Source of the DNA: an uncultured Fidelibacterota bacterium
GTDB lineage: Bacteria; Fidelibacterota; Marinisomatia; Marinisomatales; UBA1611
Length of the DNA: 50,298 nt
Direction of reading: 5' to 3'
Assembly (NCBI GenBank): GCA_913040915.1
Contig: CAJWHW010000013.1
Location: 1-50,298, forward strand
Every line of letters begins with the position of its first letter. Position 1 is the stretch's first letter. The notes beneath the pieces are model-generated. The model searched no databases. It was given only the letters and a program-made list of their open reading frames with translations, and had not been told where the DNA came from. Below are positions 42,174-50,298 of this stretch, piece by piece. Made by a program: the position numbers and the translations under genes.

Positions 42174-44576
42174 TCAATCACATTTAGACCAACCACACTC
42201 TCTACAGGTTAAACATCCGCCTTCATTTACAATACTATGATTATGGCACTTTGTACAAATCATTAGTCCATTATCATCTTGGGGATCTTGTGCTAATGTT
42301 ATTAGCGGTTTTTCTTGTGGTACACCTTTCCTGTCTTTTGCATTATCTTTTCCTTTTTCCTGGAGATAATCGTCCAGTGCTTTACCAATGGCATCAGGTG
42401 TTGATAATATTAATCTACCATCTTCCCAGGTCGGATTTGGTCCGGAAATTCCTTTCAGCTGACGAACAATAGCATGTGGGTCTAATCCGGATCGAAGTGC
42501 TAGGGAGATTAAACGGCTTATGGCTTCAGATTGTGCTGCTGCATTACCGCCAGCTTTACCAATGGTAGTAAAAACTTCACAAAGTCCGTTATTATCTTCA
42601 TTAATTGTGATATAAAGTGTACCCTCACCTGTACGTATACGACGAGTTACACCGGCTGTTTGATTGGGTCTCACACGGGGTGATTTTTCAGCTCTAATAC
42701 TAGTTTCATCCCCTTCCATTTCTAATAAATCAATTTGTTGTCCATCTCCATCGGAATCTTTCTTATCCGAAACAAGTATACCCTCACGGCTTCCTTCCCG
42801 ATATACAGTAATTCCCTTTAATCCTGCTTCATAAGCTGTCATATAAATATCTGCGACTGAGTCTATTGTTATTTCTTCAGATAGATTAACTGTAGAAGAG
42901 ATTGATGAATCAATATATTTCTGGATGACACCTTGCATTTTTACACGAAAATAAGGATCAATATTATGAGCGGTAACAACAAAATTAGGAAGATCGTCAT
43001 CGGAGCCATATAATTTATCTATAATGGGGTGATAGACTTTGTATTCATTAAATGTTTTCCCGTATCCATCATCATTTTTCTTGACCCGCCTTTTATATGA
43101 TGTAGCAAAAATGGGTTCAATACCTGATGTCACTCTAGCTACAATTGCACCGCTTCCGGTAGGTGCGACAGTGGTTAAGGTGCAATTACGAATACCATTT
43201 TCTTTTATCTTTTTTTGCAATGACTTAGGTAGGTTTTTTACAAACTTACTTTTTGAATAACCGGCCCATTTAAAGTTAGGATATTTGCCTTTTTCTATTG
43301 CCAAATCTGTGCTGGTCTCATAAGCAGTATCCCTGAAAATTTGCATGATTTGAGAAATGGTTTGCAAAGCATCTTCACTGTCGTATTTAATTCCCATTCG
43401 TACTAACATATCACCGAGTCCAAGAATACCTAATCCTACTCGCCTATCATTTGTGGCATTTTCTTTTTGATCTCCCAGTGCATGACGATCCATATTATAA
43501 TCCACGACATTATCCAAAAATCGAGTAGCAGTCACTACTGTGTCTTTGAATTGATCTATTTGAAAATTACCATTATCATCTACGAAGCGTTCGAGATTAA
43601 CAGCTCCCAGATTACAGCAACCACCGTCAGGAAGTGGCTGTTCTGCACATGGATTGGTAGATACAAGAGGTGAACAGTACTCAGCATTGTGATATTCTTT
43701 CATGGTGTCCCAAAAAAGGAGTCCTGGTTCAGCACTTGCATGAGCGTGGGAGATAATATCTTCCCAAAGAGATTTTGCTTTAATTGTTTTATATATTTCT
43801 CCCTCATAAGTCAATTCAAAATCGTTATCGTTTTTAACTGCATCCATGAAATCATGTGTTAAGAGGACAGAAATATTCGAATATTTGACCATGTCGATAT
43901 CACCAGTTTTGATACTTATAAATTTTTCAATATCGGGGTGATCGACCCGTAGCGTCTGCATATTTGCACCTCGCCGCCCGTGCTGTGCTATTGTGTTTGT
44001 ATTCTCACTGAATAAGTTCATGAATCCTGTGGGCCCACAGGATTCTCCACCCGTGCCATTTATTGCTTTTCCTGCTGGTCTGAGCACGGAAAGATCATGA
44101 CCGCATCCGCCGCCATATTTATAGGTTAATGCCTCATTAATTATTGTATCATAGATGGATTTTATTGAATCATCCCGTACTGCTACAACATAACAATTAT
44201 TTAAGGTGGTAGTTATATCCTCTCTACCAGCACCATGCATTATCCTTCCTCCTGGAACAAATTTGAAATCTTCTAAAATGGAGAAGAATTTGTTTTCCCA
44301 TTTTTCACGTAGAACTTTTGTTTTTTCTACTGATGCTAAAGCAATTGCCTGTCGTTTCCATAATTGGTAGGGATGGCGTTCCCAGGGAGCAAGATATTTT
44401 TGTTTTAAAACATCAGACCCTAGCTGGTCACTACCATAATAATTATCTATCTTATAACTTTCTGGGATATCAGCATCTTCTTCTACTATAGGTTGTATGG
44501 GTGGAACAATTGGTGCGTCCAGGGGTTTAGTCCCTGGCTGATTTAAAGAAAGATCAAGTTCCATAGCTTCTGCCAT
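42174..44576 (-). CDS. nrdJ: Adenosylcobalamin-dependent (class II) ribonucleotide reductase
   Basis: NCYV, RRGANM, TNPCAEQPL, APTG and KGITVYREGSR; C-terminal TSCPD-like domain and Cys-rich ribbon (CTKC...CRECGWSKC); no adjacent beta-subunit gene. Confidence 0.92.
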   Translation of the reverse strand: MAEAMELDLSLNQPGTKPLDAPIVPPIQPIVEEDADIPESYKIDNYYGSDQLGSDVLKQKYLAPWERHPYQLWKRQAIALASVEKTKVLREKWENKFFSILEDFKFVPGGRIMHGAGREDITTTLNNCYVVAVRDDSIKSIYDTIINEALTYKYGGGCGHDLSVLRPAGKAINGTGGESCGPTGFMNLFSENTNTIAQHGRRGANMQTLRVDHPDIEKFISIKTGDIDMVKYSNISVLLTHDFMDAVKNDNDFELTYEGEIYKTIKAKSLWEDIISHAHASAEPGLLFWDTMKEYHNAEYCSPLVSTNPCAEQPLPDGGCCNLGAVNLERFVDDNGNFQIDQFKDTVVTATRFLDNVVDYNMDRHALGDQKENATNDRRVGLGILGLGDMLVRMGIKYDSEDALQTISQIMQIFRDTAYETSTDLAIEKGKYPNFKWAGYSKSKFVKNLPKSLQKKIKENGIRNCTLTTVAPTGSGAIVARVTSGIEPIFATSYKRRVKKNDDGYGKTFNEYKVYHPIIDKLYGSDDDLPNFVVTAHNIDPYFRVKMQGVIQKYIDSSISSTVNLSEEITIDSVADIYMTAYEAGLKGITVYREGSREGILVSDKKDSDGDGQQIDLLEMEGDETSIRAEKSPRVRPNQTAGVTRRIRTGEGTLYITINEDNNGLCEVFTTIGKAGGNAAAQSEAISRLISLALRSGLDPHAIVRQLKGISGPNPTWEDGRLILSTPDAIGKALDDYLQEKGKDNAKDRKGVPQEKPLITLAQDPQDDNGLMICTKCHNHSIVNEGGCLTCRECGWSKCD

Positions 44577-45019
44577 TAGCGAGTTTCCTTGGTATGTGTA
44601 TTCGTACTATGGTCGTACGTGTTATTTTTCAATGTGCTATAAAAAAGGATGACAAATGAATGGGCGATTTAACGCTTGGTTGGCTATTTTGAATATAGAA
44701 AAACCGTTGTGAATATTACAAGTGTATAAATGAAAAAAACTAAATTCTCGACGAGAGAATATACAAATTCAAGTTTTATTCGCATTTCAATAAACAAAAA
44801 TTTAAGTCATGTTTTTCTTAAGGTTTAAATCTCTAAATCCTTAAATATTAAAGGATAAATTAAGTATTAAAACTACTGTCTAATAATGACCTTATTCATA
44901 ATGCCAGGTAATAATAAACTTATTTGACAATAGGCATAGGTATTAATTAATTCTAAAAACGATGAAAAATATTCTTCGTTTTATCATTTATATAGAATAC
45001 TTAAAATTTGGTCCAATAA

Positions 45020-45091
45020 GCGGGTGTCGTATAATGGTTATTACCCGAGCTTCCCAAGCTCGTGACGTGAGTTCGATTCTCATCACCCGCT
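45020..45091 (+). tRNA. tRNA-Gly (anticodon CCC), CCA not encoded
   Basis: GCGGGTG/CACCCGC acceptor stem, CGAGC-TTCCCAA-GCTCG anticodon arm, GTGAG-TTCGATT-CTCAT T arm, discriminator U. Confidence 0.96.
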
Positions 45092-45125
45092 CACTGCCTC
45101 TTTTTATATTTTGAGGTTTTTCATT

Positions 45126-45593
45126 ATGGATACATTAAGTCACGCATTATGGGGAAGAGGTCTTTTCGGATATAGAGGTTATAAATGGTGGGCGCTATTT
45201 TGGGGAGCTGCACCAGACCTTTTTTCATTTGGAATACTTTTTTTAATTCGAATTATTTCATTTGAATTTTCAGCAGGGAAACCTGATATAGCAACAATAC
45301 CATGGTGGGTATTTATTAATTACGATATTTCTCATAGCTTTATTTCTGCTACGATTGTAATTGGGATGGTTTGGAGAGTAAAAAAACAATTTGCATTTGC
45401 AATGTTGGGTTGGCCATTTCATATTTGCTTAGATTTCCCATTTCACAGTAAAGAATTTTTTCCAACTAAGCTTCTATGGCCATTAACAGATTTTTCCTTT
45501 AATGGGGTTCCTTGGAATAATCCAGAAGTCTGGTTACCCAATATTGCGGGAATAATTATTTTATTCATTTGGCGCTATTTACAAAACAAATGA
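45126..45593 (+). CDS. YdjM-like inner-membrane putative metal-dependent hydrolase
   Basis: MDTLSH...APDL...SHSF...HICLD pattern with several hydrophobic helices; ATG at 45126. Confidence 0.7.
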   Translation: MDTLSHALWGRGLFGYRGYKWWALFWGAAPDLFSFGILFLIRIISFEFSAGKPDIATIPWWVFINYDISHSFISATIVIGMVWRVKKQFAFAMLGWPFHICLDFPFHSKEFFPTKLLWPLTDFSFNGVPWNNPEVWLPNIAGIIILFIWRYLQNK

Positions 45594-45677
45594 TTACAGT
45601 ATTCGCCAGTTATGCATATATACTTAAATTCTAGTCGTACTCCCCAGATAAATATAATTAAAAATACCAAATTTCAG

Positions 45678-45770
45678 ATGAGTAAAAATATGATGGCTCT
45701 TTATCCAAATAAGTATAAAGACACATTTGACATTTTTGGCTTTGTTTTTGATCTGTGGGAAAATAAATGA
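45678..45770 (+). CDS. Putative 30-aa small protein
   Basis: MSKNMMALYPNKYKDTFDIFGFVFDLWENK; its TGA overlaps the next ATG (ATGA). Confidence 0.3.
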   Translation: MSKNMMALYPNKYKDTFDIFGFVFDLWENK

Positions 45771-45895
45771 AACTGGAAATTATTCCATTAAAAAATGATG
45801 AGGTAAACAAGATGAAAGACTTTTTAGGAGCTTTGACCATACATATATTATTCGCTGTAGTATTGGTTTGGTTGATTTTACTCATTACTGGATAA
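45767..45895 (+). CDS. Putative small membrane protein (42 aa, or 27 aa from the ATG at 45812)
   Basis: ...MKDFLGALTIHILFAVVLVWLILLITG; GAGG upstream of the ATG at 45812; stop lies 6 nt before der. Confidence 0.5.
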   Translation: MKLEIIPLKNDEVNKMKDFLGALTIHILFAVVLVWLILLITG

Positions 45896-45901
45896 TGCAA
45901 A

Positions 45902-47218
45902 ATGGCAAAACCGCTCATTGCAATAGTGGGAAGACCCAACGTTGGTAAATCCACTTTTTTTAATCGTGTCCTCAGCCAGCGGCAAGCAATTGTTGATGCT
46001 CAGGAAGGGATCACCCGTGATCGTATTTATGGGGAAATGGAGTGGTGTGCTCATCCGCTGAGATTCATAGATACTGGTGGATATATCCCGGAAGATTTTG
46101 ATATTTTTAATGCTGCAGTTCGAAAGCAAGCCCAAGAAGCAATGTTGGAAGCAGATCTTGTTTTATTCATGGTAGATGGAAGACAAGGCCCAACATCAAG
46201 TGACCAAGCACTAGCCCAATTTGTTAGAGAAAGTAGTAAGACTTATATTATCGTTGTTAACAAATGTGATGGAATAAAAAGCGATAATCTAATCCATCAA
46301 TTTCATGAATTAGGTTTGGAGAATCCAATACCTGTATCTGCACTGAACGGAAGGAAAACAGGTGATTTATTAGACTCTATTTTAGAGAAACTTGATTTGA
46401 CACATCTTCCGGATAAGACTGAAAATACTGAATGTTTACGATTGGCAATCGTAGGTATGCCGAATGTTGGAAAATCTTCCCTTACAAATGCTCTTCTACA
46501 AAAAGACCGAACAATAGTTACACCTATTGCTGGGACTACAAGGGATTCAATCGATGCTCATATAAGATGGCATGGCCAAGATATCACGCTGGTGGATACT
46601 GCAGGATTAAGAAAACTTGCTAAAATTAAAGATCGGATCGAGTACTATTCTTTAGTGCGTACCCAAAATGCAATTAATCATGCTCATGTTGTAATGGTTT
46701 TAATCGATGCAGAAAAAGGATTTGGAAAACAGGATAAATCCATAGTTGATTTTGTTATTAATAAGGGCAAGGGACTTATATTAATTGTCAACAAATGGGA
46801 CCTGATAGAAAAAAAAACACAAACGATGAAAAATTTTAAAGATGAAATCCGATACCAATTCAAAGCCTTGGATCACTATCCCGTCCAATTCATATCTGCA
46901 TTAACAAAACAACGTATCCATCGTGTACTAGAAACTTCTTGGATGGTATATGAATGCAGTAGAAATTTGATTTCAACCAAAAATTTAAACCTGGCCTTGA
47001 AAAAGATTGTAGCAAAAAATCCTCCATCTACAGAAAAAGGTAAAGTAGTGCGTATCAAATATGCGACTCAGGTAAGCCGGAATCCGGCAGTAATTGCTCT
47101 GTATACGAATCATCCTAAATTGATTAAGACTAACTACAAAAGATATTTAGAGAATCAGATAAGAGACCAATTTGATTTTCAGGGAATTCCATTAAAATTA
47201 TCATTTAGAAAAAAATAG
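45902..47218 (+). CDS. der: Ribosome biogenesis GTPase Der (EngA)
   Basis: Two G domains (GRPNVGKS/DTGG/NKCD and GMPNVGKS/DTAG/NKWD) plus a KH-like C-terminus. Confidence 0.98.
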   Translation: MAKPLIAIVGRPNVGKSTFFNRVLSQRQAIVDAQEGITRDRIYGEMEWCAHPLRFIDTGGYIPEDFDIFNAAVRKQAQEAMLEADLVLFMVDGRQGPTSSDQALAQFVRESSKTYIIVVNKCDGIKSDNLIHQFHELGLENPIPVSALNGRKTGDLLDSILEKLDLTHLPDKTENTECLRLAIVGMPNVGKSSLTNALLQKDRTIVTPIAGTTRDSIDAHIRWHGQDITLVDTAGLRKLAKIKDRIEYYSLVRTQNAINHAHVVMVLIDAEKGFGKQDKSIVDFVINKGKGLILIVNKWDLIEKKTQTMKNFKDEIRYQFKALDHYPVQFISALTKQRIHRVLETSWMVYECSRNLISTKNLNLALKKIVAKNPPSTEKGKVVRIKYATQVSRNPAVIALYTNHPKLIKTNYKRYLENQIRDQFDFQGIPLKLSFRKK

Positions 47219-47280
47219 ACCATGATAATCAAATTAAACGCCTGTTATCGGTTGTTTAATAAGTAAGATGGATAGATTAT

Positions 47281-47355
47281 AAAAAAAGAGCGGACGCGGT
47301 CATAGAAAGGAGGAAGTAAGGTTTATGTTACAGGTTAATATATCTGCTCCTTTTG
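47281..47355 (-). other. Terminator-like hairpin with an anti-SD sequence in its loop (3' UTR of the PycTM-like/collagen pair)
   Basis: Minus strand GAGCAGA...(loop containing CTTCCTCCTTTC)...TCCGCTC-TTTTTTT; imperfect stem. Confidence 0.4.
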
Positions 47356-47389
47356 ATAATTTACTTCATTGAATGCCAAAAGTTTCAAT

Positions 47390-47920
47390 TCAGTCTAAGG
47401 AAATTTTACCTTTCTGTGACCAGGATTTTAAATCTTCTGATGTAAAAATCAGTCCAGAAGCAGTAAAGGCTGAGAAATATTGTTTTATATCATCTCCATA
47501 TGCAATTCTGGAAATCCCAATGAAATCTTTATTTTCTGCAACTTGTCCAACGAATACTAAGGATTCTCCCAAGACCTGAGTATTTTTATTCTCCAATTTG
47601 AATATTCTACCATGACTGGTTAAATAGCAGAATCCTGTAATCCGTGGTGCAAGACCAAAACTGTAAGATTCTATTCCTACAACGACTTCTTTTTGTAGAT
47701 TATTTTGTTGAACAATTAATGCTTCAACTTTCTCCAATACTGCTGCAGGTACACTTATACCCGCTGGACCCTGAGGCCCGGTTTTACCTTGTGGGCCAGT
47801 GGGACCACTTTCACCTCTTAAACCGTCTTTCCCGGGTGGACCCTGAGGGCCCGGAGTTCCTTGGGGGATACAACCGGATAAAATGATAAAAATTATAAAA
47901 AGGCTAAAGTGGATTTTCAT
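47390..47920 (-). CDS. Collagen-like lipoprotein
   Basis: Lipobox LSGC, then 12 uninterrupted Gly-X-Y triplets (GTP GPQ GPP GKD GLR GES GPT GPQ GKT GPQ GPA GIS), a short helix and a beta-rich C-terminal domain. Confidence 0.85.
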   Translation of the reverse strand: MKIHFSLFIIFIILSGCIPQGTPGPQGPPGKDGLRGESGPTGPQGKTGPQGPAGISVPAAVLEKVEALIVQQNNLQKEVVVGIESYSFGLAPRITGFCYLTSHGRIFKLENKNTQVLGESLVFVGQVAENKDFIGISRIAYGDDIKQYFSAFTASGLIFTSEDLKSWSQKGKISLD

Positions 47921-48477
47921 CCGTTTGGAAATAAAAATGGCAAAGCTCTACCATAAGCCATAACCATGATAATTAATAATTCAGAAATTAGTGCGGCAAT
48001 AAAAAAGTAAGTTGACTGACGGACACTCTTATTTTTAGCAAGATTGATATTTCCTAAAGCAAAAACCTGAGAAGCAAACATTTGATATAATTGCTCATCA
48101 TCTCGCGCAATTGATTTCAAATATACTGCATATTCCTCCGGTGATTTAAATTGACTGATCCCAGCGAAAAAGGTTGGATTAATCACTTCATCCTTCTCTA
48201 CTTCTTCACTAGTCGTTTTCACTTTTCGTTTTTGAACACGGGGAACAATAACCCGAATCAATGTGTAGATTGTACCTACTGCTGATGTAAAATAAACCAT
48301 CATTAAAACAAAGATTAGGGCACTCATCTGAATCTTTGGAAAATGGACTATAAAGAATACCATAAATACACCTAAAATTGAGAGTAGGGTGAAGGCTTTC
48401 TGATCAGTACGCTGGATTATTTGCTGCTCACCAGCTAATACCTGTAGAAGTGCATTAAACTCTTTACCTGTTTCCAT
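47917..48477 (-). CDS. Pycsar effector-like (PycTM / DUF5706) membrane protein
   Basis: IIQRTDQKAFTLL, two TMs, VIVPR, PTFFAGI, QVFALGNINLAKNKSVR and a final TM match the recalled motif order of DUF5706/PycTM. Confidence 0.75.
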   Translation of the reverse strand: METGKEFNALLQVLAGEQQIIQRTDQKAFTLLSILGVFMVFFIVHFPKIQMSALIFVLMMVYFTSAVGTIYTLIRVIVPRVQKRKVKTTSEEVEKDEVINPTFFAGISQFKSPEEYAVYLKSIARDDEQLYQMFASQVFALGNINLAKNKSVRQSTYFFIAALISELLIIMVMAYGRALPFLFPNG

Positions 48478-48588
48478 AATATTAAATTAAATTATTTAGA
48501 TTAACATTTCAGGAGAATATTAAAAATTCATCATTTATTTTCCTAACTTTATCCATTAGTATTAATCTGAAAAACAATATTTTAAATT

Positions 48589-49590
48589 ATGCTTATGAAA
48601 CAAATTATTAGTGCAATATCCATTTTTATTCTTGTTTTACCTGAAAATAGTTATTCAGCCAAACCAATAAAAGTCGGATTCTGGAATGTGGAAAATCTTT
48701 TTGATTTAGAAGATGACCCTACTATAAATGATGATGAATATGCTTTAGGGGGCAGAAAAAATGTCACTAAAGAAATATATAATTTAAAGTTAAAGCAATT
48801 ATCGGAAGTACTTGATAAAATGCAGGCAGATGTTCTGGGACTCTGCGAAGTTGAAAATCGTTCTGTACTAGAAGAACTAAATCAAGTTACTAAGACGAAT
48901 TATTCCATCGTTCACTATGATTCACCTGATAATAGAGGTATTGATGTTGCCTTATTATATGATGCATCAAAATTGACTGTGATGTATTCTAAGCCTATTA
49001 CCGTAACTCTGCCGAATGGATATCCCACGAGGGATATTCTCTATGTTCAGGGAGAAATGGAAAATAATGAGATACATCTATTTATAAATCATTGGCCGTC
49101 TAAATATGGCGGAGCTAAAAAAACTATACCATTAAGAGCTGCAGCGGGAAAAACACTACGGAAGCAAATTGAAAAAATTCTGCTCAAAACATCAAATGCA
49201 GAAATAATTGTTATGGGAGATTTAAATGATGAGCCAAATGATCCTTCAGTCAATATGCATTTAGGTGCAACAATGGACCTAAAGGAGGTTGGGCATCAAG
49301 ATAAAATTTTATGGAATGTCATGGAGCCTTTGCACCGCAATAAAAAGGGCAGTACCTATAAATATAATGGGAAGGATATGGTATATGACCATTTAATTGT
49401 CAGTTTGGGGCTTACAGATAATTTCGGTCTGAGTTTAGTTGAAAACTCTGTTAATATTTTTGATGGTGAAAAGTATCGTCAAACTGGTGGTAAATATGAC
49501 GGATATCCGTTCCGGTTTTGGGCAGGAAAAAGATTATTAGGTGGATATTCAGATCATATGCCGGTTTTCCTTTTAGTTCAGCCAAAGTAA
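48589..49590 (+). CDS. Secreted endonuclease/exonuclease/phosphatase (DNase I-like) family protein
   Basis: Signal peptide; FWNVENLFD, LCEVEN, RGIDVALLY, NHWPS, GDLND and YSDHMPV. Confidence 0.9.
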   Translation: MLMKQIISAISIFILVLPENSYSAKPIKVGFWNVENLFDLEDDPTINDDEYALGGRKNVTKEIYNLKLKQLSEVLDKMQADVLGLCEVENRSVLEELNQVTKTNYSIVHYDSPDNRGIDVALLYDASKLTVMYSKPITVTLPNGYPTRDILYVQGEMENNEIHLFINHWPSKYGGAKKTIPLRAAAGKTLRKQIEKILLKTSNAEIIVMGDLNDEPNDPSVNMHLGATMDLKEVGHQDKILWNVMEPLHRNKKGSTYKYNGKDMVYDHLIVSLGLTDNFGLSLVENSVNIFDGEKYRQTGGKYDGYPFRFWAGKRLLGGYSDHMPVFLLVQPK

Positions 49591-49661
49591 TCTTGTTTGG
49601 ATATAAGAAACAATTTAATTTCCCGCCCGCTACATTTAGTTTAATATAATAAAAAATTGAT

Positions 49662-49735
<74 letters not shown>

Positions 49736-49761
49736 CACTCGAGAAAACCAGAATCTCGACG

Positions 49762-49789
49762 AAAAGCTCTCTGAAATGAGGGCTTTTTT
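49762..49789 (+). terminator. Rho-independent terminator after tRNA-fMet
   Basis: AAAAGCTCTC-TGAAAT-GAGGGCTTTT followed by a T run. Confidence 0.8.
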
Positions 49790-49958
49790 GTTTTATGCTT
49801 AGTATTTTGATGTTGTTGTATGATGTTTGTTTGCGACTCATATACCACCCATAAGTTGGCACACTATTATAGTATATTAATTAATCGAGATAGTCTAATC
49901 TACCTTAACCTTTTTGATAACGTTAAATTTAAAGGTTAAATAAAGAAGGAATTTTTTA

Positions 49959-50298
49959 ATGTCTTCCATTTTTCCCAAAGTTGATCCCGACGGTTTACTG
50001 GAATATTCCGTCGTTTATACCGATCGAGCTATTAATCACATGTCCCAAACTCTTCAGCAGGTGATGAGGAACATTTCATCTACACTCAAAAACGTTTATA
50101 ATGCACATTCTGTTGCAATAGTACCCGGTAGTGGCACTTTTGGTATGGAAGCGGTGGCTCGGCAATTTGCTACTGATAAAAAATGCCTGGTGATTCGAAA
50201 CGGTTGGTTCAGTTACCGTTGGACACAGATATTTGAAATGGGCAGAATTCCTTCTGAAGAAATAGTTTTAATGGCAGAACAGACTAATGCATCAGTAA
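49959..50298 (+). CDS. Class V (alanine--glyoxylate-like) aminotransferase, 3'-truncated by window
   Basis: Own translation: MSSIFPKVDPDGLLEYSVVYTDRAINHMS...VPGSGTFGMEAVARQF...IRNGWFSYRWTQI; frame open to the window end. Confidence 0.85.
   Translation, partial: MSSIFPKVDPDGLLEYSVVYTDRAINHMSQTLQQVMRNISSTLKNVYNAHSVAIVPGSGTFGMEAVARQFATDKKCLVIRNGWFSYRWTQIFEMGRIPSEEIVLMAEQTNASV

Noticed and set aside
44577..45019. Cobalamin riboswitch, NrdR boxes or oriC upstream of nrdJ
   Set aside because: No B12-box core, no convincing NrdR palindrome, no perfect DnaA boxes and no dnaA nearby.
45608..45632. Possible dif site (…GCATATATACTTAAAT)
   Set aside because: Arm lengths and spacer do not fit the 28-bp XerC/XerD consensus.
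47757..47865. GC-rich repeated GGACCCTGAGGGCCC-like units as a CRISPR or DNA repeat
   Set aside because: They are the Gly-Pro-Gln codons of the collagen domain; there is no repeat-spacer structure.
2783..47886. Numerous 60-123 aa ORFs nested in or antisense to long genes (e.g. 10378-10626, 13603-13974, 36207-36527, 45658-45954, 47644-47886)
   Set aside because: They overlap well-supported genes, have no recognisable motifs and are expected shadow ORFs.
49856..49872. TTGGCAC as a sigma-54 promoter
   Set aside because: The -12 TTGC element is missing (TATA at that position).

Overview
An AT-rich, gene-dense chromosomal segment from a diderm bacterium. Gene content and protein style suggest the FCB superphylum, possibly Ca. 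Marinimicrobia; this is inference, not verified. Most of it is housekeeping on the + strand: ftsH (3' end)-folP-cdaA; prfB (programmed +1 frameshift)-lysS-lolC/E-lolC/E-lolD-clpC; dnaK; tamB-tamA/bamA; TPR lipoprotein-moxR-DUF58-hypothetical; efp-accB-accC-gcvH-GGGP synthase-gmhA-xerD-site-2 protease-small ORF-FTCD; mutL; a three-gene block (cyclophilin, serine racemase/dehydratase, amidase) before miaA; a PyrR attenuator with pyrR-pyrB-pyrC; and rplM-rpsI-rpsB-tsf-pyrH-frr. Then come a class II (B12) ribonucleotide reductase on the - strand, tRNA-Gly(CCC), a YdjM-like membrane protein, two small ORFs, der, a - strand pair (Pycsar-effector-like membrane protein coupled to a collagen-like lipoprotein), a secreted EEP-family nuclease, tRNA-fMet and a truncated class V aminotransferase. 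The best candidate for a novel system is the cyclase-less PycTM-like gene with its collagen lipoprotein partner and an anti-SD hairpin in the 3' UTR. Also notable are the archaeal-type GGGP synthase, several unannotated small ORFs and a degenerate duplication of the cyclophilin 3' end. No CRISPR array, rRNA, transposase or phage integrase was seen.
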